From: an archaeon 13_2_20CM_2_53_6
GTDB lineage: Archaea; Thermoproteota; Bathyarchaeia; 40CM-2-53-6
Assembly (NCBI GenBank): GCA_001915065.1
Contig: MNDT01000061.1
Location: 2,954-66,953, forward strand
Length of the DNA stretch: 64,000 bases
Direction of reading: 5' to 3'
Shown here: one piece after another, positions 20,681 to 29,786 of the stretch
Layout of the letters: each line of letters begins with the position of its first letter
Numbering within the stretch: position 1 is the first letter of the stretch
Translations under genes and position numbers: made by a program
Notes under the pieces: model-generated
Databases searched by the model: none
Told to the model about the DNA's origin: nothing
The model's input: the letters and a program-made list of their open reading frames with translations, nothing else

Positions 20681-21301
20681 ATGAAGAGAACAAGAACAAT
20701 GAAAGTCTTCAGAGTTGTTCCGAAGTTCAGGCCCCCGGAAACATACTCGGAGAGCGTCGCGAGAATCGTCAATCCGGTCCTCGACAGCTACACGCACATA
20801 GCCATAGTCGATGACGACACGTCCGTTCCTGAAGCGTTTTTCCAATTACCGGAGGAATATCCGGACGCGGACATCATAGTTCCGAGAGTTCTTCCAAGCT
20901 CCAGGATATACAGAACATGGGAAACGCTAACCTACTGGCTCCGTCTAAGCCGTGTGAGAGCCAGAGGCTGCGCTGTCATATACTCCACGAGATTTCTCAA
21001 ACGGATGGGAGGATATCCCTCCTGGACAGAACAGTATGAGGACACGTACATCCTGAGGAAGGCGAACGCCGTCGTCCAATACAAGAAGATGATAGCTTAT
21101 CACATGGAAAAGTTCAGCATTCGAAAGTCCATAGAAAGGCAGAAGAGGCAAGGCAGAGCGAGGGCGAAACTTCACGACAGTTTCTGGAGAGTCTTAGCGC
21201 ACTCCATCGTGAGGGTCAGGCCAGCGCTTTTCTTCGCCTACGTAGGTCAGAGAATTAGCAGCCCGACCCACAAAGTCGAAGGGCCGGATCACGGACAATA
21301 G
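20681..21301 (+). CDS. Short GT-A-like glycosyltransferase
   Basis: HIAIVDDD, MGGYP, YEDT; C-terminus similar to the 8799..9539 product; the start may be ATG 20699. Confidence 0.7.
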   Translation: MKRTRTMKVFRVVPKFRPPETYSESVARIVNPVLDSYTHIAIVDDDTSVPEAFFQLPEEYPDADIIVPRVLPSSRIYRTWETLTYWLRLSRVRARGCAVIYSTRFLKRMGGYPSWTEQYEDTYILRKANAVVQYKKMIAYHMEKFSIRKSIERQKRQGRARAKLHDSFWRVLAHSIVRVRPALFFAYVGQRISSPTHKVEGPDHGQ

Positions 21302-21319
21302 GCAAACGGTGGTTGAAAG

Positions 21320-22192
21320 ATGAAAGCGCTGATAACAGGTGGACTCGGGTTCTTAGGACAACATCTTACCAGAAGGCTCAAGGGCGACGGGCATGACGTA
21401 TCCGTCTTAGACGTCAAAGACAATAGTGGGGATGTAAGAGACTATGAAAGCGTAAAGTCTGCGATACGTGGCGTCGATACGGTCTTCCATCTAGCCGCCG
21501 TCGTAGGCGTGGAACAGGCCTCTGCCAACCCGATAGACGTGATGGACACGGAACTGATTGGGATACGAAACCTCGTCAGAGCGTCCGTCGAGAAAGGCGT
21601 CAAAAGAATAGTCTACGCTTCTTCCTCGGAAATCTATGGGAACCGCGCGCTACTTCCGATGAGCGAGTCCGATAGTCCTTCCCCCCTGTCTTCATACGGC
21701 GTTTCAAAGCTGGCAGTCGAACACTATCTGAAAGCCTTCGGCGATAAGATCGAGAGCGTTTCATTGCGCATATTCAATGCATACGGCCCAGGTCAGGATG
21801 AGAGATTCGTGGTAGCCAGATTCATAAACCAGGCCCTGAAAAACGAGCAGATAACAGTCTATGACGACGGACGCCAGACGAGAGATTTCACGTACATTGA
21901 CGATGTCGTCGAGGCTTTCGTCCTGGCAAGCGGGACGAAGTATTTGGGAGAAGTTTTCAACGTGGCAACAGGCATCCAAACCCGAGTCATCAGTCTCGCC
22001 AAGATTGTCAAGTCCGCGACAAGATCCGATTCTAAAATAGTTCTGGTTAGACCTTCCAAGAGATTACCCGAATTTGAAGTCAGGAAAAGGACCGCAAGCC
22101 TCCTGAACTCCAGAAAGAAACTTGGGTTCGAAGCAAAGACTGTTCTAAGAGACGGAATAGTGAAAACCATTACTCTTAGGACCAGAGCTTGA
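21320..22192 (+). CDS. NAD-dependent epimerase/dehydratase (GalE-like)
   Basis: ITGGLGFLG, HLAAVVGV, ASSSEIYG, YGVSK, QTRDFTYIDD. Confidence 0.9.
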   Translation: MKALITGGLGFLGQHLTRRLKGDGHDVSVLDVKDNSGDVRDYESVKSAIRGVDTVFHLAAVVGVEQASANPIDVMDTELIGIRNLVRASVEKGVKRIVYASSSEIYGNRALLPMSESDSPSPLSSYGVSKLAVEHYLKAFGDKIESVSLRIFNAYGPGQDERFVVARFINQALKNEQITVYDDGRQTRDFTYIDDVVEAFVLASGTKYLGEVFNVATGIQTRVISLAKIVKSATRSDSKIVLVRPSKRLPEFEVRKRTASLLNSRKKLGFEAKTVLRDGIVKTITLRTRA

Positions 22193-22211
22193 GAAATATC
22201 CCTGCGGAACA

Positions 22212-22740
22212 ATGGTGGTGCGTGCACCCTGACTTTTCATCCAGAACTCTGTATGAGAATCTGGGAAACAGATAACCCCCGAATTGTTGGGTAAATACAG
22301 CCATATCGCAATCGTTGATAACAATGTCACCGTCCCAGCAGAATTCTATTCCCTTCACGAAAAATTCGACGCCGACATCATTGAAGTCTATGTCGAACCC
22401 TCCTCACCGGTATTCAGGAGTGCGGTAGAAAGCGACGTTCTGGGTGAGACTTCGGGAAAGGGTCAGAGACTGTGCGACCATTTATCGGACTGACTTTTCC
22501 ATGCGCGTCGGGAGCATCCCAGAGGTAGAAACAGCAGGGACATGGTTCCTAATGCAGACGAAGAAAACAGCGGTCGCGGACTTGACAGTTATTCACAATC
22601 AGAACTTTAGCTTGCGGCATTCGATCAAATTCGAGCTCGAGACGGGAAGAGCAGAGCGAGCTACGCTACTCCTTCACAAAGACGATGCTTCATAGCACTT
22701 TCAGAGTACCACGAATCGTACTGTTCTCCTCTCTCTATTA
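22212..22740 (+). pseudogene. Frameshifted paralog of the short GT at 20681
   Basis: YSHIAIVDNNVTVPAEF..DADII and, in another frame, RLRERVRDCATIYRT..FSLRHSIKFELETGRA; in-frame stops upstream. Confidence 0.75.
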
Positions 22741-22757
22741 CAAGCTTATGGATCTTG

Positions 22758-22971
22758 GTCGTGCCTAGGAGCTTGACGAAACCCTCGTCCAGCCCGTCCG
22801 CACCGTCACGCTCACCGCGTTTGGCAAGCGCCCGGCCGAGAACCTCCGGTTCGACCTCGCCCCAGGCGACGAGGGCCTTGACAGACCAGAGCATGCCAAG
22901 ATTCGACGGCGAATTCTCCAACAACCTAGCTTGGAAAGTCCGCTCCAGCCTCAACGACTCCATAGTCTTCC
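22758..22971 (-). pseudogene. Internal fragment of a second rpl30 copy
   Basis: Gapless direct repeat of 26209-26422; about 30 mismatches in 214 bp by hand count. Confidence 0.9.
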
Positions 22972-23075
22972 CAAAAGTGATGCGTGAACAAAACGCACTG
23001 AGCCGGCAGGACAAGGAAGAGTTCGACAGCATCCTCGCCAAAGCCGACAACCTCCTAAAAGGGCCAGATGATTGG
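22972..23075 (+). pseudogene. 3' fragment of a paralog of the 19044..19544 gene
   Basis: KVMREQNALSRQDKEEFDSILAKADNLL vs KVMREQNALTRQDKEEFDLVLAKAESLL (19414-19516); 1-bp insertion near the end. Confidence 0.85.
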
Positions 23076-23219
23076 ACACCCACGAGAAAGGATTTCGTAG
23101 ACTCGAGTCCGAAAGAAAACAAAGTACACACGCTGGCGCTGACTGAAAGGGATGTACATCCCCACCGCCCATTCGCTATTTATGGAGGCAACCTCCTAGC
23201 AAACTGAGCGCTTAGGATG

Positions 23220-23936
23220 TCACTTGATTGCGTCTGATCCGTGATTCTGATAGATTAGTCCTATTCCTCCCCATCCCTGATTCCAATCCTTGACCATCTC
23301 CTGATAATTGTATTTTGGCATTATCTCATTCCAGAATCTTTGAACCTCTACGGACCTATCTTTTGGGTGCTCAACTATGTCGTGGAGTGCTATCATACCG
23401 CCACTTCTGACTAGCTGAGAATAAGATTCGAAATCAGACTTTACTCCTTCGTATGTGTGGTCGCCATCTATGAACAGGAAGTCTACAGGCCTTCCTTTCA
23501 GAATGTCTTTTACTATTCTTATGGTCGATGGTTCGTGCGAATTGCTGTTTATGAGATGAATTTCTTGCTTTCCTTTCGCAAACGATTTGTAAAGTGGAAT
23601 TCTTAACCTCGAATATCCTCCCCCATAGACTCCGCCGCGGAGATCGACGCTGATTATTGATGCTCTAGGCGAAGCGGCCATGCAAAATAGATACAAACTT
23701 CCGCCATGCGAAGTTCCTATTTCCAACACTGTTCTAGGACTAAACTTTTCGAGCTTCTGCACTAGCGACATGATTTCTTCTCTAACCTGAAGCGGCCTTA
23801 TTGTTACCCCGTGAAATTCGAACTCATAGGCACAGGCAACCGCGTCTTCAAGCGTGTGAACTTGCTTCTTCCGTTCCTTGAATCTCCTGACGACGAGTAA
23901 TTTACCAGGAACATCGAGAAGTGCCGGCAAGTCCAT
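23220..23936 (-). CDS. Class I SAM methyltransferase (Methyltransf_24-like)
   Basis: VLEIGTSHGGS, DFLFIDGDHTYEGV, GGMIALHD. Confidence 0.85.
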   Translation of the reverse strand: MDLPALLDVPGKLLVVRRFKERKKQVHTLEDAVACAYEFEFHGVTIRPLQVREEIMSLVQKLEKFSPRTVLEIGTSHGGSLYLFCMAASPRASIISVDLRGGVYGGGYSRLRIPLYKSFAKGKQEIHLINSNSHEPSTIRIVKDILKGRPVDFLFIDGDHTYEGVKSDFESYSQLVRSGGMIALHDIVEHPKDRSVEVQRFWNEIMPKYNYQEMVKDWNQGWGGIGLIYQNHGSDAIK

Positions 23937-24146
23937 TAGACCGCCTTGGTTTTCATTGCCATAAATCTAACCCCGCGCTCGTTTGAATAACTTCCATAAT
24001 CATTCGACTCATGATTTGCGACGCCTCTTCGCGTCCAAGCCGTTCCAGAGCATAGCGGGACGGGGTATTCCAGTGGTGACTACAACCCTATCACTTTGCT
24101 CGTCTTTTCTGCAAAGATTATTGCAATCCTTCCAACGTAGGCTGTT

Positions 24147-24525
24147 ATGAAACAGCGAACAGCTAGTTCTTTAATCGAGAGATTGGCGGCGATGAAATGT
24201 GTCCCTTGCGAAGGTATCGATCGTCTCTCTGAAGGGCAGGTAGAGAATGCATTGTTAGATTTGCCCGGGTGGGTTCGAAGAGACGACTCGATTGAGAAGG
24301 AGTCTCGTTGGATCGTACGGGGCTTGTCTGGAATTCGCTTATGACGTTGGAATGACTGCTGACGCGCAGAATCATCATCCCGAGCTGACGATCAGATGGC
24401 GACGAGTCAGGCTCTCTTGGTCCACTCATTCGATTGGTGGCCTCAGTCAGAATGACATGATAATGGCCGCGAAGTCAGAGTCAGAATATGGAAAGTTCAA
24501 CGACCACCCACAGCATGCGCTTTAA
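24147..24525 (+). pseudogene. Pterin-4-alpha-carbinolamine dehydratase, frameshifted near 24308
   Basis: CVPCEG..LPGW..IEKE in one frame; NHHPEL, WSTHSIGGLSQND in the +1 frame. Confidence 0.8.
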
Positions 24526-24605
24526 CCTGGCCTCACGTTAGGACTCGCGCACAAATCCGTCCGAGCATAAGCCGAGAGAGCCATTGAGTCCGCTGTAGCC
24601 GGGGA

Positions 24606-24800
24606 CTATTTCCTGGCCTTGATTTGTTCTTCTATTGCCTTGAGCCTGTTTTCTATCAGGGTTATCTTGTCGAGTATTTCTTTCAATATTCTTCCCAGCT
24701 CCTCTTCTCGTGGTCCGATGTACTGTCCAGGTCTCAGTGGTGACGGCATCGGCCCTATGGGTCTGGGTCGCAGAGGATCTGGGAGATTTGATGGCTCCAT
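24606..24800 (-). CDS. Small Pro-rich protein with C-terminal coiled coil (start uncertain)
   Basis: Repeated RPIGP/PLRP motifs, then ILKEILDKITLIENRLKAIEEQI. Confidence 0.5.
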   Translation of the reverse strand: MEPSNLPDPLRPRPIGPMPSPLRPGQYIGPREEELGRILKEILDKITLIENRLKAIEEQIKARK

Positions 24801-24923
24801 AACGGGTCCGATTGGTCTAACGCGCGCTGAGTTTTCAGGGTTTTCATCTGCAAGACCTGCACTTTTTAGAGTTCGAATAGTAGAATTGAAGTCCTCTCGG
24901 ATAAGAGACGAAAGGAAATACAT

Positions 24924-25152
24924 GTGCACGAGAAAACGCCTAGAAAAGCCCTGATCGGCAATCAGGGAGGGGGGTCCCACTGAGCAACTTATTCACGCTT
25001 GAAGGGCCCTCACCAACACGTACTGGAAAACGCTGATCAGCCCGTTCTACGCGTCAAATCGGAAATTTCGCCCAATTCTGTTTCAGATGGCCAGACGACC
25101 CATCCAGGATTTAGAAATAAAAAAATTCCCGCGACACAAGAGTGCTCTCTGG
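24924..25152 (-). repeat. Dispersed ~230-240 bp non-coding repeat, copy 1
   Basis: Reverse complement matches 36101-36330, including 34 identical nt (25106-25139 vs 36113-36146) and 19 identical nt (25073-25091 vs 36162-36180). Confidence 0.9.
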
Positions 25153-25393
25153 AGTACGATCCTTTGCTAGGAAATCGCCTGGAACGAGCCCAGATCGCAA
25201 ATCCAAGCATCCGATTTGAAACCGCGACTTTTCCGCGCTGAGTCATGCGGATACCTCGCACCTACGAAAACCTCCGACCGGCCTATTCCGCGCCCAGAAT
25301 CGCCGGTCTCGCCCAGATCAGTTTCAACTGGTTCGACCTCTCTCCAGAAAATTTCCAGAGCGTTGATCGTCGCGACACATGAGTGGTCTTTGT
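25153..25393 (-). repeat. Dispersed repeat, copy 2 (in tandem with copy 1)
   Basis: Begins ACAAAGACCACTCATGTGTCGCG on the minus strand; collinear with 44954-45170 and, more distantly, with copies 1 and 3. Confidence 0.8.
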
Positions 25394-25402
25394 GGTCTGT
25401 AG

Positions 25403-25933
25403 CTATTCTATCTGTATGGGCCGGCTCGGCTTCTTCTCGTCGCTCTTGATGAACCGGACCTCCAGCACACCGTTCTTGTACGTGGCCTTCGCGGTACGAG
25501 GATCGACCAGATGCCCGAGGTCGAGCTCTTTCAGATAACGCCGTTTCGCCGAGTCCACGCTTATCTTCAACGACCTGTCCGTAGACTCCAACCGTATCTC
25601 GTCCCGCTCCACGCCCGGCAGTTCAGTTACGACCACGATCTCGCGCCCCTCGTCCATAACATCCACCAACGGCTCGCGCTCCTCCTTGACCAAGGGCCCA
25701 CGCGCACTGGGCGCGACATTCCCGAACTCTCTAATGACCGGCTTCCCATCAGCACCGAGAGACATGGAGAAGCCGTAGACGAACGGCGAGACACCCTCCT
25801 GCGTCTTCGGCATCTCCACCGCTTTACGCATCATATCATCCATCAAACGATCCATCCGCTCCATCTCCTCGAACACGTCGAACCACCAGCCGGACCGGCT
25901 GTGGCGACGGCGAGACTCTCTCTTAGGAGCCAA
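25403..25933 (-). CDS. hsp20: Archaeal small heat shock protein Hsp20
   Basis: PFVYGFSMSLGADGKPVIREFGN, REPLVDV, ELPGV, KATYKNGVLEV. Confidence 0.92.
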   Translation of the reverse strand: MAPKRESRRRHSRSGWWFDVFEEMERMDRLMDDMMRKAVEMPKTQEGVSPFVYGFSMSLGADGKPVIREFGNVAPSARGPLVKEEREPLVDVMDEGREIVVVTELPGVERDEIRLESTDRSLKISVDSAKRRYLKELDLGHLVDPRTAKATYKNGVLEVRFIKSDEKKPSRPIQIE

Positions 25934-26006
25934 TATTCAGCGACCCATCCTTCGAGACAAGTATTCCAGTCGTATTTGAGCTAGCAGAACAATCGATTCG
26001 ACCGGG

Positions 26007-26495
26007 CTAGATCATGCGCTTGACTAGATGGTTGATATCCGCGCCCCGGTAGCCCAGCTCACCACCATCAGTCGCAGCCCTCCTCAGACTCCGCTTAAAC
26101 CCGCCCCGCGGAGGGTGGAGACGGAAACGCGGTTTCAGACCCGCCCGGTACAACGCCTGGACCCCGACCTCGCCAGCCACAACCGCCTTGGCCAGATCCT
26201 CGAAGCTCGTCTTGCCTAGAAGCTTGACAAAACCCTCGTCCAGCCCGTCCGCACCGTCACGCTCCCCACGCTTGACCAGCAGCCGGCCGAGAATCTCCGG
26301 ATCCACCTCGCCCCACGCAACGAGCGCTTTGGCCGACCTTAGCATACCAAGATTCGACGGCGTGTTCTCCAGCAGCCGGGCCTGGAAGGTCCGCTCCAGC
26401 CTCAACGACTCCATAGTCTTCCTTACATCCGGATTATCAGCGGCCGTCCCGCGCAACCGGACCGCAAACAGCAAACCCTTGCTCGACTCTTCCAA
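26007..26495 (-). CDS. rpl30: 50S ribosomal protein L30 (uL30)
   Basis: AVRLRG, VAWGE, FRLHPPRGGFK, GELGYRG. Confidence 0.95.
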   Translation of the reverse strand: MEESSKGLLFAVRLRGTAADNPDVRKTMESLRLERTFQARLLENTPSNLGMLRSAKALVAWGEVDPEILGRLLVKRGERDGADGLDEGFVKLLGKTSFEDLAKAVVAGEVGVQALYRAGLKPRFRLHPPRGGFKRSLRRAATDGGELGYRGADINHLVKRMI

Positions 26496-27131
26496 CTAGT
26501 TCACCCAGTCACCCTGCGTCACGACACTGTATGTCCGCGTCAGCGCGTCAAAGACCGCGAGCGCAGATGACGTCAGTGTCGAAGTCGAGCCGAACGTACG
26601 AGTCCAGCAATCCCGCACCCCAGCCAGCCGCAGTACCTGTTTCGGAATCTCACCCGCCACGAGACCCAGACCCCGAGGCCCAGGCAACACCTCCACACGG
26701 ACACTGCCAGTCTTGCCAGTCACGTTAAACGGGACGGTATGCATCGTCCCACAACGACACTCCCAACTCCCACAACCCCGACGGATAGGAATAACATTCA
26801 ACTTCGCCTGGACAGTCCCCTTGTCGATAGCCGTCCGGACCTGTCGAGCCTTCCCTTCTCCCAGCCCGATATAGCCATCCCCATTCCCGACAGCAACGAT
26901 CGCCCGGAAGCGCGATCTCTCCCCCGCGTCAGTCTGCTTCTGCACGAAGCCAATGCCCAAAACCTCCTGCTGAATATTCGGCAACAAGGTATCCACAATC
27001 TCCGGCTCCTTGATCCGTAAACCTTGCGTGAAGATCTCCTCCATCGAGACGATCTCGCCTTGCTGCACCTGCCGGCCCAGCTTCGTCTTAGGGACCCAGC
27101 CGACCTCTTGGCCCGGACGCTGACCCATCAA
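26496..27131 (-). CDS. rps5: 30S ribosomal protein S5 (uS5)
   Basis: WVPKTKLG, IKEPEIVD, RRGCGSWEC, PGPRGLGLVA. Confidence 0.96.
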   Translation of the reverse strand: MMGQRPGQEVGWVPKTKLGRQVQQGEIVSMEEIFTQGLRIKEPEIVDTLLPNIQQEVLGIGFVQKQTDAGERSRFRAIVAVGNGDGYIGLGEGKARQVRTAIDKGTVQAKLNVIPIRRGCGSWECRCGTMHTVPFNVTGKTGSVRVEVLPGPRGLGLVAGEIPKQVLRLAGVRDCWTRTFGSTSTLTSSALAVFDALTRTYSVVTQGDWVN

Positions 27132-27724
27132 GAAGCCCCCAACGACGTGGACAGTACGCTCTTTCTAACCTGCTCGAAATGCCCCGACAAGTCCTCCGGC
27201 TTCAACCCGCGAGCCAGATACGCGCCAAATCGCTTCCTGTACAACTCCTGCTCCCCAACCAACGACTTGGCGTAGGCCGCAATGTGCGAGCCGTTGATCC
27301 TCTCCATCGGAGGCAATGGACCATCAGAGTGTGGAACAATCAGCCCCGAGTCGGCCAATCCTTTCAAAGCCGCAAAAACTTTTGATCCCTTAGTCGGACC
27401 CCTAAGACCGATATCGAGAACTGCCTCCTTAACACCCCGATCAACCGCCCGTCGCGCAGCAAGAACACCCGTCAGATACGCCGCAGGCAGATTCCCAGCT
27501 CCGCCCTTCCAGCCAAGCTTCGCAAGCTCTCGCGAGGATGCCGATGCTCTAACAATATCCCCCCGGATGTCCGCCTCTGAGACCTGAACGATGACGTACT
27601 TGTTGGTAAGCCGGACGACGGCCCTCGGCTTTCCCGACCTGACTAGGGCGCGGCGAAGCTTATAGTCCGTCCTACCCTCCCGCCTACGCCGGTATGGGAC
27701 CGCATAACGTGGACCGTCAGCCAA
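27128..27724 (-). CDS. rpl18: 50S ribosomal protein L18 (uL18)
   Basis: GPRYAVPYRRRREGRTDY, NLPAAYLTG, LDIGL. Confidence 0.96.
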   Translation of the reverse strand: MADGPRYAVPYRRRREGRTDYKLRRALVRSGKPRAVVRLTNKYVIVQVSEADIRGDIVRASASSRELAKLGWKGGAGNLPAAYLTGVLAARRAVDRGVKEAVLDIGLRGPTKGSKVFAALKGLADSGLIVPHSDGPLPPMERINGSHIAAYAKSLVGEQELYRKRFGAYLARGLKPEDLSGHFEQVRKSVLSTSLGAS

Positions 27725-27728
27725 AGTC

Positions 27729-28157
27729 CTACCGCTTCCTCACCAGGTGATGGGCCTTTACATACTCGTCGACGTGAGACCTGCTCCTAAACACGCCACC
27801 CTTGGCCAAGGCGAGCAGAGTCTTGTAGCCGCCAGGAGCTAGCTGTCTCTTGTCTCTAAGCCAGCGTAGATGGCGGCGGATCGCTCGTATTTTGAGAACC
27901 CAGGCCTCCTTGCCAGGCTTCTGGCCGCCCTTACGGCTCCCCGCCCCCTTACGCCGGCCAGACCGAGCCCTCACGCGTCCTCTGCTGACCCCTGTCTTCG
28001 GTAGCAAGCTTATGCTCCCCTCGCGGATAAGCTTCTTGACCTCGTCGCGCGTTATCGCCGACTGAACCCGATCGATATCTTCAGGGTCGATCCAGACCCT
28101 GTTCAAGCCTCCACCCAGAAGATCAGCGGCGAGTCTCCTCTGGCTCTTGAGGCTCAT
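27729..28157 (-). CDS. rpl19e: 50S ribosomal protein L19e
   Basis: LKSQRRLAA, RVWIDP, GAGSRKG, WVLKIRAIR. Confidence 0.95.
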   Translation of the reverse strand: MSLKSQRRLAADLLGGGLNRVWIDPEDIDRVQSAITRDEVKKLIREGSISLLPKTGVSRGRVRARSGRRKGAGSRKGGQKPGKEAWVLKIRAIRRHLRWLRDKRQLAPGGYKTLLALAKGGVFRSRSHVDEYVKAHHLVRKR

Positions 28158-28642
28158 TCAGAATCCTCTCCGGTCACAGACTCCTCTTCGCCATCCTCGG
28201 CAACCTCGACTTGTTCAGTTGGCTCCTCAACTGGAGTTTCAGTAGGGACAGGTTCCCTTTCCTCGACCCTCTCAGCTACTGGTCGACTCTCTCCCTTTCC
28301 AGGGTTTGCGATATGAAAATTCTGCTCTTTCGCCTTGGCGACGATCCCTATCCGCTTTCTCTCGCCAACCCGCGCGGCGATCCTGATGATGTGTATCTTC
28401 GCATCGAGCTTCTCGAGTTCTGACTCGCGCCACACGAGATGTTCGACCAGCCCTCTGGGATGGAGGCCTCTCGCGGATGCGATGGATCCGTACCCCACCT
28501 TTACTTTCGGAGGGAACCCGCTCTCCTCCTTCCGCATCTTACTCGTGACCCCACGCGGTCGACGCCAGTTTTCCGCCACTCTCCTGTACCGCCAGCTCTC
28601 CTGGCGCTTGAATTCGGGCTTTGAACTCTTCATCATTCTCAC
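28154..28642 (-). CDS. rpl32e: 50S ribosomal protein L32e with acidic C-terminal extension
   Basis: KPEFKRQESWRY, WRRPRG, RGLHPRG, VGERKR. Confidence 0.95.
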   Translation of the reverse strand: MRMMKSSKPEFKRQESWRYRRVAENWRRPRGVTSKMRKEESGFPPKVKVGYGSIASARGLHPRGLVEHLVWRESELEKLDAKIHIIRIAARVGERKRIGIVAKAKEQNFHIANPGKGESRPVAERVEEREPVPTETPVEEPTEQVEVAEDGEEESVTGEDSE

Positions 28643-29211
28643 TTTGACGGGCTATGCGGCGAATGCGCGGGCCCTTTTGCGGAGATGTAGATTCCGTCCA
28701 GGAAGACCCGCAGATCCTTCTCCTTGATCCTGGTGCTATCCTGAATATTCGCAGCCGTCTGGCTTACAGATTTCAGGTCTACCCCTTCAACTGATATGTC
28801 ATCGCCCTTGATGGCAACTTTCACTCCTTCCAGGATCCTCGCGTATCTGGGGGTTTTCTCGCCTGTGAAGTTCTCGATCTTCAAGACCTTCGCCTTCTCG
28901 TCCACTTTGACGGTTACTGGAAAGTGGGCGTAGACCGTCCGCAGATCGTACTTGTAGCCCTGCGTGACCCCTTTGATCATGTTTCTGACATGGGCGGCGG
29001 CGGTTCCCAGCATTCCAATCTCTCGCTTCCGCGGCCACACGGTCTGTAGCCGGACCTGGTTCTGTTCGACGCTGAGTGAGACTGGCAGGTGTGAAAGGTC
29101 CTCGACGAGGGCGCCTAGTGGGCCCTTCACTTTTACAATTCGGCCCTCTATTTGTACGCTGACGTTTTCTGGTACCTGAAGGGTTCTCTGAAGAGTCTCA
29201 AATCGTGCCGT
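28639..29211 (-). CDS. rpl6: 50S ribosomal protein L6 (uL6); start proposed at ACG 29211
   Basis: LQVPENVSVQIEGRIVKVKGPLG lies mostly upstream of the track's GTG 29130; YAHFP, NFTGEK, DLRVFLDGIY. Confidence 0.92.
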   Translation of the reverse strand, partial: TARFETLQRTLQVPENVSVQIEGRIVKVKGPLGALVEDLSHLPVSLSVEQNQVRLQTVWPRKREIGMLGTAAAHVRNMIKGVTQGYKYDLRTVYAHFPVTVKVDEKAKVLKIENFTGEKTPRYARILEGVKVAIKGDDISVEGVDLKSVSQTAANIQDSTRIKEKDLRVFLDGIYISAKGPAHSPHSPSK

Positions 29212-29224
29212 GGATCCTCGCCCT

Positions 29225-29608
29225 CTAGAAGACGTATCCGAGGAGTTGTCCGCCTGAGCCCGCTTCGCGTGCCTCTTTGTGTGCCAAGACTCCTTTCGGG
29301 GTTGTCAGTATGAGGATGCCGACATCTCGCGAGGGAAGGTATCGTCTGCCCCATTTTTCGAATTCGCCTATTGTGGTGGAGAATCTTGGTCGTACGCTGC
29401 CGCAGTTGTTGACCCGTCCTAGGAGCTGGATCTTGAATTTTCCTCCTCTGCCGTCGTCCACGAACTCGAACTCTCCCACGTAGCCATATTTCTGCATGAC
29501 CCGGAGAACCTGGCCCATCAGTTTGGATGCGGGATAGACGATACACTCGTGCTTGTGTCTCCGCTCGTTGTTGAGGATGGATGAGAACATGTTTGATATT
29601 GGTTCCAT
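29225..29608 (-). CDS. rps8: 30S ribosomal protein S8 (uS8)
   Basis: PASKL, GYVGEFEFVDDGRGG, GILILTTPKG. Confidence 0.96.
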   Translation of the reverse strand: MEPISNMFSSILNNERRHKHECIVYPASKLMGQVLRVMQKYGYVGEFEFVDDGRGGKFKIQLLGRVNNCGSVRPRFSTTIGEFEKWGRRYLPSRDVGILILTTPKGVLAHKEAREAGSGGQLLGYVF

Positions 29609-29614
29609 GAGTTG

Positions 29615-29779
29615 TCACATGTATTTCTTGAACCCGAGGCCTACTGCTACTTCTCTGAAGCATTGTCTGCAAAAGTTGAGCCCGTATTTTCTAACGATGG
29701 GACCGTATTGGCCGCATCGTTTGCAGGGGCGAGCACCCTTCCCATACTTCCGCTGTTTCCTTGGTTTGATCTTGGCCAT
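29615..29779 (-). CDS. rps14: 30S ribosomal protein S14 (Zn-binding); below the ORF-track size cutoff
   Basis: Hand translation [54 protein letters not shown]. Confidence 0.95.
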   Translation of the reverse strand: MAKIKPRKQRKYGKGARPCKRCGQYGPIVRKYGLNFCRQCFREVAVGLGFKKYM

Positions 29780-29786
29780 GTCCGGT

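Noticed and set aside
22661-23207. ORFs 22661..23131(-) and 22755..23207(+) as real genes
   Set aside because: They run across the junction of two unrelated gene fragments and are better explained as a chimeric scar
24999-25449. Small ORFs within repeat copies 1-2 (and 36178..36456 in copy 3)
   Set aside because: Copies differ by indels and by substitutions at all codon positions, so frames are not conserved
28154-28300. Acidic C-terminal extension of L32e (and the S3 tail)
   Set aside because: Low-complexity extensions are common in archaeal r-proteins
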